From IMG/VR virus record IMGVR_UViG_3300048919_000044, positions 1-47,538 of that record: a stretch of DNA of 47,538 bases; one strand, written 5' to 3'. Origin of the DNA: a virus. Position numbers and translations under genes: made by a program. The notes beneath the pieces were generated by a model. That model did not search any database. It saw only the letters and a list, made by a program, of their open reading frames with translations, and was not told the DNA's origin. Positions 1-6,038 of this stretch are shown piece by piece (position 1 is the stretch's first letter; each line of letters begins with the position of its first letter).

Positions 1-127
1 TGGCCGTAATGCATCCGGCGCGCTCTTGGAGCCAGATGTCTGAACCCTGCGTGCAATTGACGACGATCATTGCTGAGCCTCCAGTGTTGCTTTCTGCTTG
101 GTCACGGCAACCTTCACCGCGTCATAA
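1..127. repeat. Terminal overlap copy 1, identical to 47412..47538 (circular contig closure)
   Basis: Read directly: both copies run tggccgtaatgcatccggcg...accttcaccgcgtcataa. Confidence 0.95.
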
Positions 128-828
128 CCGGCAACGTCGCCGGCCTCTTTAAGCGCTTTGACGGATGCCTGCCACACGTCTTTCAGTTCGTCCGCAGTGG
201 TCGTGCTTTCGACCTGAGCAACAATGCCGGCCACCACTTCAGCTCGATCCGCCGCGCTGTCCGATCCGTCAGCCGTTTGCGCGTCATCGTCCTGAGCATC
301 GCTCGTGGTGATGTTCAGCAGGGCGCACATGACATAGCGCTTGCCGTAGGTGGTGGACGATCCGACCGACTGAACATCGTTGCGACCTTTGCCGACATCC
401 AGCGGGAGGCGCATAGTGGTCTGCTCGCGATGGCCGCCGCGGTGCATCAAGATCCCCGTAACTTCGATAGCCTTCTCGGCGTTTTCAACCTTGAAGGTGA
501 TCGCGAACCCGTGCTGCTGCATGATCGGCTTGATGGTCCGGGTGATGTCGTCCAGGGTGGCGTAGGAGTTTCCCGTGTGCAGATTGATCGCCCCTTCGAA
601 GACGGTCGGGATATCGCACTGCATCTGCGCCATCCCAGCGTTAAACGCTTGCTCGGCGTCCTTGGCCTGCATGCGCTCGTGCATCTGCAAAAGTCGCTCC
701 ATCTTGTCGATGTCACAGGACGGGTCGGCGGCGGCCCGGCTGATAACGGCCATGAGGCTGGTGTCTTGCTGGCCTGCTGGCGCGACTACTTGGCGGCGCT
801 GCTCGGGGACGATGATTTGTCCGGTCAT
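67..828 (-). CDS. erf: ERF-family single-strand annealing recombinase
   Basis: 253 aa. GSSTTYGKRYVMCALL resembles the TY-x-(R/K)RY core of P22 Erf-type proteins. RBS GAGGAA. Its stop overlaps the exonuclease ATG (ATGA) once the circle is closed. Confidence 0.8.
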   Translation of the reverse strand: MTGQIIVPEQRRQVVAPAGQQDTSLMAVISRAAADPSCDIDKMERLLQMHERMQAKDAEQAFNAGMAQMQCDIPTVFEGAINLHTGNSYATLDDITRTIKPIMQQHGFAITFKVENAEKAIEVTGILMHRGGHREQTTMRLPLDVGKGRNDVQSVGSSTTYGKRYVMCALLNITTSDAQDDDAQTADGSDSAADRAEVVAGIVAQVESTTTADELKDVWQASVKALKEAGDVAGYDAVKVAVTKQKATLEAQQ

Positions 829-838
829 GCTTGATTCC

Positions 839-1939
839 TCAGAAGTTTATGGTGACGTTCGGCACTTCGCCTCGAGCTATCTTCAGGACGATGGCCTTGG
901 CCAGTTCTTCGGATACGTTCATCGATATGATGGATTCCTTCGCGGCGCCAAGAATTTTGGACTTGTGCGCAACGTCGGCCTGGCGGACTTTCTGCTGGCG
1001 GATGATTTCGTCCGCCGCTGCCTGTTGGCGGGCCTGCTCATCAAGTCGCGCCTGCTCTACCGCTTGCTTCTCGCGCTCAATAGCTGCCAGTCGTTCCTGC
1101 TCTGCCTTTTGCTCAGCCTCGACCCGCTCGCGCTTTGCTTGCTCGGCGCGGCGATCCGACTCTGCAGCCTGTAGCTTCAGATCAGCTTCACGCTTCTCGG
1201 CGGCGGCCTGGTCGTCACGGGCTTTCTGCTCTTGTGCTTCACGCTCACGCTGCGCCTTCTCTTCCGCCTCGCGGGTGGCTTTCTCGGCAGCTTCTCGGGC
1301 GATACGGTCCTCGTTGTCCTTCTTGTCGCGGGCCTCTTTCTCTTCGCGCAGCTTTGCCAGTTCGGCCTGCTCGGCTTCGTATTGCTGGCGAGTGGTGAGA
1401 GCTGTACGCAGCTTGATCAGCGTGGATTCCTTGGCTCGGGCGGCTTCGGTTTCGAACTCTTCCCAGTGATCGCCCATTTGAACGGCTTCAACCGATCCGA
1501 TGGATTCCAGCAGCACCGAGGCGCTGACGTCGGTCAGATCGATGCAAAAGTCATAGATGGCTTGCACCGCATCGACATGCTTGTCCTTGCGGGCGATATC
1601 TGCAGCTTCCCAGTCATCCAGCGGCTTGCGCACTTCGTCCTTCCACGCATCCAGCAGATCACGCATCCGCTTGCGCTCGGCGTCGATCTTCTTCGGCACG
1701 TCCTTCAGCTCGGCAACCAGCTCCTTGCCGATGTTGTCCAGCGCGGTTTTCGAGCGAGCTACCGAGTGAGCGATAGATGCGATTTCCTTCCGACCTTTGA
1801 CGGTGGTGATATCTGGTACAAACCCATCGATTTCTTCGCGGATCTTAGCCAGGTACGGGTCAAGGCCGCTGGCCGCGCTGAATACCGCCAAGGCGTTTTC
1901 TTTCGATGGAACAACTGCAATTTCTGTTGCTTCTGACAT
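839..1939 (-). CDS. Coiled-coil early protein, DUF1351-like
   Basis: Start trimmed to ATG 1939 (MSEATEIAV), preceded by GGAGAAGGG. Long E/A/K/Q/R coiled-coil centre. It sits next to the recombinase, as DUF1351 genes often do. Confidence 0.6.
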   Translation of the reverse strand: MSEATEIAVVPSKENALAVFSAASGLDPYLAKIREEIDGFVPDITTVKGRKEIASIAHSVARSKTALDNIGKELVAELKDVPKKIDAERKRMRDLLDAWKDEVRKPLDDWEAADIARKDKHVDAVQAIYDFCIDLTDVSASVLLESIGSVEAVQMGDHWEEFETEAARAKESTLIKLRTALTTRQQYEAEQAELAKLREEKEARDKKDNEDRIAREAAEKATREAEEKAQREREAQEQKARDDQAAAEKREADLKLQAAESDRRAEQAKRERVEAEQKAEQERLAAIEREKQAVEQARLDEQARQQAAADEIIRQQKVRQADVAHKSKILGAAKESIISMNVSEELAKAIVLKIARGEVPNVTINF

Positions 1940-1998
1940 TTCCCTTCTCCCACGAAAAAGCGCTTTGGGGTTGCCCGGTGGAACTCTGTGAATAACCT

Positions 1999-2064
1999 GG
2001 ATCGACGGCTTGTCGGTCAGACACAGAACGGGCAACTCCAAAACGCTTTGATAGCCGTCGATCC
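1999..2064. repeat. Perfect 12-bp inverted repeat GGATCGACGGCT / AGCCGTCGATCC with a 42-nt spacer
   Basis: 1999..2010 is the exact reverse complement of 2053..2064. It lies in the ~200-nt untranslated gap of the leftward operon. Confidence 0.85.
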
Positions 2065-2141
2065 TGATAATTTGCTTTGGCGTTCCACGGCCTTGGCGAG
2101 ATGGATAATACCCTAAAACTTAACTTCCTCAACCTGTTCGT

Positions 2142-2258
2142 TCATCCAGTGATGTGGCCGGCCAGGGCGCTGGCGATCATGAACCCAGTGCAGGCGAGAA
2201 GCGCGATCGCACTCCCTCTCCAGTACGCATAGCGCTTGGCGCGCTGGTAGCTGGTCAT
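2142..2258 (-). CDS. Small membrane protein (38 aa, MTSYQRAKRYAYWRGSAIALLACTGFMIASALAGHITG)
   Basis: Below the ORF-track cutoff. Its ATG overlaps the upstream stop (ATGA), GC3 is high, and it has one hydrophobic helix. Confidence 0.45.
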   Translation of the reverse strand: MTSYQRAKRYAYWRGSAIALLACTGFMIASALAGHITG

Positions 2259-2395
2259 GCTTTGACGATGTAGGTGATTGTCCACTCGCCGCACAGGCAC
2301 GCCCGCTGCGTCCAGGCGTGAACGTTTTCGATACCAGCGTCATAGGCCAGCGACAGAGCGCCAAGCCATGACTTGTGGGTGAAGGCTAGGGTCAT
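2255..2395 (-). CDS. Small hypothetical protein (46 aa, MTLAFTHKSWLGAL...)
   Basis: Below the ORF-track cutoff. High GC3, and coupled to the next small ORF by an ATGA overlap. It fits better than the 83-aa ORF 2113..2364 in the other frame. Confidence 0.45.
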   Translation of the reverse strand: MTLAFTHKSWLGALSLAYDAGIENVHAWTQRACLCGEWTITYIVKA

Positions 2396-2400
2396 GGTGT

Positions 2401-2958
2401 TCATTTGGCCTCCTGCTTGCGGTAGCCGGCGTCGATCATTGCCTCTACAGCAGCGGCAAGAATGTTCCCTCTAACCAGATCATTTGGGAAATGCACTTTT
2501 GAATTGATCGCGGTCAGCGCATTGCGAATCTCATGCAGGCGCTTATCGGCCGCGATCTGCTCGGGCGTGCGGATGGGGCGCATACGCCTCCCCTCATCGC
2601 GATACATGGCGATCTTGTTTCCAAATTTCACCACGCAGAATTCCTCGCGCCCCTCAGGATCTTCGCCGACCGCAACGCAAACGCCTTTGTGCCATATCGC
2701 GAAGTCTTCACAGGCAAACCCTGCTTCTAGTTCAGTCCCAGCTGGCGGCAGGCCTTCTCCGGTCCATTCGGGCCTCTTATGCGCAATGTATTGAACGTCA
2801 CGCATCGAGAAGGACCAATATCCACCGCCCGGATAGTCGTATTCACCTTTTCCCTCGCGAGCCCATCCACTCCGATCCGATCCCTCGCGATGCGGGCGGA
2901 TGTCTTCAAGCCAAATCGGATATCCCTCTGGCGCCTTACTCCAATCAATATTGCTCAT
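2401..2958 (-). CDS. Hypothetical early protein (185 aa)
   Basis: Long ORF with ordinary composition. Its ATG overlaps the upstream stop (ATGA). Confidence 0.75.
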   Translation of the reverse strand: MSNIDWSKAPEGYPIWLEDIRPHREGSDRSGWAREGKGEYDYPGGGYWSFSMRDVQYIAHKRPEWTGEGLPPAGTELEAGFACEDFAIWHKGVCVAVGEDPEGREEFCVVKFGNKIAMYRDEGRRMRPIRTPEQIAADKRLHEIRNALTAINSKVHFPNDLVRGNILAAAVEAMIDAGYRKQEAK

Positions 2959-3179
2959 GCCTTAACTCCCATATTCCGCATCAATTCGATTTGCTCGCGC
3001 TCAATGATCTTTCTGAGCCGTTCCACGTAGTGCCGGTGCAGATGAATATCAATCGCCCCGAGCGTGTAGGCCATTTCGATGGCCATGGATGTCTCGCCGT
3101 GCAGCATTCCCGAGCTGGACGTGACCAGCGCAGAGAATCGCGATTCGATGATGTCTACCGCCTGGTCGTGCCTGTTCAT
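2955..3179 (-). CDS. Hypothetical early protein (74 aa)
   Basis: ATGA coupling at both ends. Confidence 0.65.
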   Translation of the reverse strand: MNRHDQAVDIIESRFSALVTSSSGMLHGETSMAIEMAYTLGAIDIHLHRHYVERLRKIIEREQIELMRNMGVKA

Positions 3180-3328
3180 TCGCCCTCCGGTTCCGCGGCG
3201 TCGTTCTTTGGGCAGGCCGCTACGTGCCGCATCAGCTTATGGGTTGAGCCGAAGGACCCTAAGCAATACGGGCATTCGTGTTCGTCGTCCGGATCAAGCT
3301 GTCTGTCACCGATATAAATTCCATTCAT
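3176..3328 (-). CDS. Small zinc-finger-like protein (50 aa, ...ECPYCLGSFGSTHKLMRHVAAC...)
   Basis: Hand-translated. C-x2-C ... H-x4-H pattern, GAGGGA RBS 7 nt upstream, and the stop overlaps the next ATG. Confidence 0.5.
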   Translation of the reverse strand: MNGIYIGDRQLDPDDEHECPYCLGSFGSTHKLMRHVAACPKNDAAEPEGE

Positions 3329-3348
3329 TCTGAATCCCTCAGTGGTGG

Positions 3349-3510
3349 CTAGATCGAGCGCACAGCTTCTTCGCGCAGCCGATTTTCTTCATCGACTATC
3401 GGATTGATGGGCGATCCGTCGTCAGCCCAAATCTTGTGACGAACAGGCACGAATTTAGCGGGCTTCGGGTCGCGCAGAATGAGGCGGAAAAACCAGTAAG
3501 TGGCGAACAT
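3349..3510 (-). CDS. Small hypothetical protein (53 aa, MFATYWFFRLILRD...)
   Basis: Internal ATG at 3510 preceded by AAGGAG with 8-nt spacing. The longer 150-aa version overlaps the 3590..3922 gene and crosses the conserved hairpin. An alternative start is 3600. Confidence 0.5.
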   Translation of the reverse strand: MFATYWFFRLILRDPKPAKFVPVRHKIWADDGSPINPIVDEENRLREEAVRSI

Positions 3511-3552
3511 TTCGGTGACTCCTTGGGTGAGTTGCTTCCTGTTGTACTGGCA

Positions 3553-3572
3553 AAGCCCCAGGTAAGGGGCTT
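3553..3572 (-). promoter_or_regulatory. Conserved intergenic stem-loop, copy A (AAGCCCC-TTACCT-GGGGCTT on the transcribed strand)
   Basis: 7-bp GC-rich stem. Stem and flanks (CCTCAAGCCCCTT..GGGCTTT) recur at 45635..45652. Confidence 0.6.
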
Positions 3573-3589
3573 GAGGTGGGTAGCTATTG

Positions 3590-3922
3590 TTAAGGGCCAT
3601 TTGAACCTGTTTTCGGTTTAGAGCCGCTTGGTCCGCCGCCACCAATGCAAGTCCATTCGAGTTTTTCTTCCGGCGTCTGGGTATAGAAGCCGGCCTGGCC
3701 AACAAAAATTGGGCCGCTCGGCTTATTGGCTGGCCCTCCACCGCCGGCCCCACCAGACCCTCCGCCAACCAACTGAAATCCATACTGGCCACGCTCAGCA
3801 TTGATGGCCAGGCCGGCGACCTGCAAGCATCTACCGCACAACGGACAGTTGTCGTCGGTGCGAATCACGTTTCCTGGGCCTGGGGAAATATCTTTGTCGC
3901 AGCCGCCACAAATAATGCTCAT
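3590..3922 (-). CDS. Zinc-ribbon protein with Gly-rich tail (110 aa), first gene of the leftward operon
   Basis: CGGC...CPLC pairs. GGGSGGAGGGG and a C-terminal GGGGPSGSKPKTGSNGP. Paralogous C-terminus in 45664..45873. Confidence 0.7.
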   Translation of the reverse strand: MSIICGGCDKDISPGPGNVIRTDDNCPLCGRCLQVAGLAINAERGQYGFQLVGGGSGGAGGGGPANKPSGPIFVGQAGFYTQTPEEKLEWTCIGGGGPSGSKPKTGSNGP

Positions 3923-3979
3923 CTCGTCTTGCTCCGTTGTTTGCAGGTTCTCTTAAGATCCTGCGCTTCGATGGTTCTA

Positions 3980-4008
3980 AATCTACTTAAGCTGGAATCT
4001 TTCGTCAA
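3980..4008 (-). promoter_or_regulatory. Leftward early promoter candidate (PL-like): TTGACG-N17-TAGATT
   Basis: -35 is the reverse complement of 4003..4008 and -10 of 3980..3985. About 50 nt upstream of ATG 3922. CTTAAG motifs at 3951..3958 and 3986..3991. Confidence 0.5.
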
Positions 4009-4012
4009 CCCT

Positions 4013-4041
4013 TTGCAAAAATAAATTTACTAACGCACAAT
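4013..4041 (+). promoter_or_regulatory. Rightward early promoter candidate (PR-like): TTGCAA-N17-CACAAT
   Basis: The -35 hexamer is identical to that of the 5765 promoter. The -10 lies inside the shared 16-bp element. Confidence 0.45.
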
Positions 4042-4051
4042 GCCGACTATA
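4036..4051. repeat. 16-bp element CACAATGCCGACTATA, exact inverted copy of 5788..5803
   Basis: The reverse complement TATAGTCGGCATTGTG is identical to 5788..5803. Both copies overlap a promoter -10 and start region. Confidence 0.9.
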
Positions 4052-4068
4052 CCTAAGGAGCAGTCGAG

Positions 4069-4287
4069 ATGAACAAAGCAGACGTAATCGCCTTTTTCGG
4101 CAACCAGAAGCAGACGGCAATCGCGCTGGGGATCAGCGAGGCGGCGGTGAGTCAGTGGGGGGAAGCGGTTCCAGGGCCGCGCCAGGGGCATGTGCGCCTG
4201 GCCATGGAAGTAGAAACCAAGCGCCGCGCAGATGAGGCGGCGAAAGCAATCAAGAAGGCCAATCGCAAAGCGCGTAAGGCCGCATAG
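4069..4287 (+). CDS. cro: Cro/YdaS-like HTH regulator (72 aa)
   Basis: FFGNQKQTAIALGISEAAVSQWGE is a typical Cro/YdaS HTH. AAGGAG RBS. First gene rightward of the divergent promoters. Confidence 0.75.
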   Translation: MNKADVIAFFGNQKQTAIALGISEAAVSQWGEAVPGPRQGHVRLAMEVETKRRADEAAKAIKKANRKARKAA

Positions 4288-4305
4288 ACAATAGAGGAAC
4301 GAACC

Positions 4306-4590
4306 ATGTACGACAACCCAAAACACCGCAAGCTGAGAGAAAGAACGCTGCGCTTTGACCCGTACCACGACGAGCGGCTATGTCAGGTCGCGGCATCGCT
4401 TGGCCTTCAGCCGGCTGTGTTGGGGCGAGAATTAGTCGAGATGGGGGTGGAGCTGATGGGCGACAAGAACGTCAACGCTCTGGCGAAGAAACTGAAATGC
4501 TCCAAGGCCGCGCTGATCCAGCAACTGGTGGCACAGGGCGCGCTTGAGCTGAAGGCAATGCTCGACGACAAAGAACGCCTAAGGGCCTAA
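4306..4590 (+). CDS. Hypothetical early protein (94 aa)
   Basis: GAGGAA RBS and ordinary composition. Confidence 0.65.
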   Translation: MYDNPKHRKLRERTLRFDPYHDERLCQVAASLGLQPAVLGRELVEMGVELMGDKNVNALAKKLKCSKAALIQQLVAQGALELKAMLDDKERLRA

Positions 4591-4605
4591 ATAGGAGATG
4601 GTGGC

Positions 4606-4779
4606 ATGGCTAACAATGCCGTAACGGGGCGCAAGCCGCATGAAGCGGGCGAAGTCCCGGAATCACTGAAGGGAATGATCCAAGAGGCTGCACGTCGGGC
4701 GAGCCCGAAGGTAGCCGAAGCGCTGTCGCAACAATCCGAAGGCCTGCTGTTTCGCCTACCGGACAAGCTCAGGGCCTGA
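4606..4779 (+). CDS. Small hypothetical protein (57 aa, MANNAVTGRKPHEAGE...)
   Basis: Below the ORF-track cutoff. AGGAGA RBS 8 nt upstream, high GC3, no internal stop (checked codon by codon). Confidence 0.5.
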   Translation: MANNAVTGRKPHEAGEVPESLKGMIQEAARRASPKVAEALSQQSEGLLFRLPDKLRA

Positions 4780-4799
4780 AAAGACCCTGAATTCCACTC

Positions 4800-4828
4800 A
4801 AAAAAAAGCCGCCTGGGCATTGGCGGCT
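4800..4828 (-). terminator. Leftward-facing intrinsic terminator inside the rightward operon
   Basis: The minus strand reads AGCCGCC-AATGCCCA-GGCGGCT followed by T8. On the plus strand there is no T tract after the stem. Confidence 0.6.
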
Positions 4829-4846
4829 CAATGGACAACTGGGGGA
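4800..4846 (-). ncRNA. Candidate OOP-like antisense sRNA (~47 nt)
   Basis: Minus-strand TTGCCA (4881..4876) -N17- CATTAT (4858..4853), then CUCCCCC (anti-SD to GGGGGAG of the 4856 gene), then the terminator. Confidence 0.3.
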
Positions 4847-4855
4847 GATACGATA

Positions 4856-5182
4856 ATGAGCGAAGAAAACGTAATTGGCAAGCCGACGCCAAATCTCGCA
4901 CCACGAAACGCGGAAGGTGAATCTGTGGAGCGACCGAGCACCATCTCCGCACTTGAGAAATTCTCAGGCATGCACGATTGGCCTGAAGAGCTGTATCACC
5001 TGAAAGGCAAAAAGCTTCGGCGCAAGCGTGATGGGGAGATCTATCGCATCAGCCGACCGAGCGGGCAGTGTGTCGGCCGAAAGCCTGCCGCATATCTTGC
5101 GCCTGCTGGCTGTAGCTGGACCGCGCGCAGCCACTGGAAGACCTACGCGAAAATCTTGTCCGACTTTGAGGTAATGGCATGA
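4856..5182 (+). CDS. Hypothetical early protein (108 aa)
   Basis: ATG 4856 (MSEENVIGK) with a GGGGGAG RBS. Its stop overlaps the next ATG. Confidence 0.6.
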   Translation: MSEENVIGKPTPNLAPRNAEGESVERPSTISALEKFSGMHDWPEELYHLKGKKLRRKRDGEIYRISRPSGQCVGRKPAAYLAPAGCSWTARSHWKTYAKILSDFEVMA

Positions 5183-5649
5183 CCATTGATAAATCCGCAC
5201 TGAAGGCGCTGGCTCAGCACGTTATTGATCTTGAGCTGACCGAGGATCAGCCGATCGGCGATGCATGGAATGAATTTGAGGCCGCGGCAAACCCGGCCGC
5301 AGTCCTGGCCCTGCTCGCTGAGATCGATCGTCTAGCGGGCGCTCGCCCTGATGCCTCGCCAAGACCGCCAGAGGGTGAAGGATTGCCGCGCTACGGTCTG
5401 CGCTGGAACGGGCCAACCAGCCCGATCACAGTGCCGATGCCGGACGGCTATTGGACGCCTTGGCACCTTGCCGACCAGCTCAAGGCCGAGAACGGATCTC
5501 TGCGCAAGGACGCCGAGTTAAACAACCGAAGGCTTCGCACTGTCTGCATCATCATTGACGAGATCTGCGAAGCCCTTGGCATCGACAACCACAGCGAGCC
5601 GGACATGATCGTTGAGTCGGCGCGTGAGCTGAAGTCGAAGGCCACCTAG
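5179..5649 (+). CDS. Ead/Ea22-like protein (156 aa)
   Basis: The N-terminus (ALKALAQHV...ANPAAVLALLAEIDRL) resembles Ea22-family proteins. Confidence 0.65.
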   Translation: MTIDKSALKALAQHVIDLELTEDQPIGDAWNEFEAAANPAAVLALLAEIDRLAGARPDASPRPPEGEGLPRYGLRWNGPTSPITVPMPDGYWTPWHLADQLKAENGSLRKDAELNNRRLRTVCIIIDEICEALGIDNHSEPDMIVESARELKSKAT

Positions 5650-5664
5650 GACCGCCCTAACCCC

Positions 5665-5709
5665 AAAGGCGCCCAGCCCGCATAGCGGATGCTCGGCGCC
5701 TTTTCTTTT
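5665..5709 (+). terminator. Intrinsic terminator (tR1-like)
   Basis: GGCGCC-C-AGC ... GCT-C-GGCGCC hairpin with an inner CCGC/GCGG, followed by TTTTCTTTT. Confidence 0.7.
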
Positions 5710-5733
5710 GCCTGTCGCCCACCACCAAAACAT

Positions 5734-5787
5734 ATCGGTACCATTTTATTTACTATCGGTACCATTGCAACTTAGATCGGTACCATT
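5734..5787. repeat. Three direct ATCGGTACCATT repeats at exact 21-bp phasing
   Basis: Copies at 5734..5745, 5755..5766 and 5776..5787. Copies 2 and 3 overlap the -35 and spacer of the promoter below. Confidence 0.9.
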
Positions 5788-5793
5788 TATAGT
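5765..5793 (+). promoter_or_regulatory. Strong sigma70-like promoter TTGCAA-N17-TATAGT for the replication operon
   Basis: -35 at 5765..5770 and -10 at 5788..5793. The -10 starts the 16-bp element TATAGTCGGCATTGTG (5788..5803) shared with 4036..4051. Confidence 0.6.
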
Positions 5794-5828
5794 CGGCATT
5801 GTGATTGATCGCCACCCTAGGAGGGGAA

Positions 5829-6029
5829 ATGAATTTCCGCAAAAGCCTGAAGCTTGCACTGATTCAACATGAGATGACGCAGAAGGCCCTGGCCTTAAAG
5901 CTGGGTATGCGCGAGACCAGCATGAGCCAGCTTGCGGCGCAGTCTTCATGCACCGGGGCGACTCTTCAGAAGATCGCAGACGCCTTCGGAATGAAGGTTA
6001 GTGAGTTCGTTGCCCTTGGCGAAGATTGA
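5829..6029 (+). CDS. Small XRE-family HTH regulator (66 aa)
   Basis: MTQKALALKLGMRETSMSQLA is a classic HTH. AGGAGGGG RBS. Start trimmed to ATG 5829. Confidence 0.75.
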   Translation: MNFRKSLKLALIQHEMTQKALALKLGMRETSMSQLAAQSSCTGATLQKIADAFGMKVSEFVALGED

Positions 6030-6038
6030 GGTGGTGGC

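Noticed and set aside
1-127. The 127-bp end identity as a biological direct terminal repeat.
   Set aside because: The length equals a common assembler k-mer, and the overlap cuts through the middle of two coupled genes. This cannot be settled without reads.
70-1936. Plus-strand ORFs 70..834, 575..1174, 831..1469 and 1232..1936, antisense to the ERF and DUF1351-like genes.
   Set aside because: These are mirror-frame ORFs typical of GC-rich DNA. Their products are Ala/Arg/Ser/Cys-rich and low in complexity. The sense-strand ORFs carry family motifs, RBSs and coupled stops and starts.
2113-2364. 83-aa minus-strand ORF.
   Set aside because: It is out of frame with two shorter ORFs (2255..2395, 2142..2258) that have much higher GC3 and ATGA coupling. 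Its product is Arg/Pro/Ser-rich.
3349-3801. Full 150-aa version of this ORF.
   Set aside because: It overlaps the 3590..3922 gene by 212 nt and runs through the conserved intergenic hairpin. The internal ATG 3510 has a strong AAGGAG RBS.
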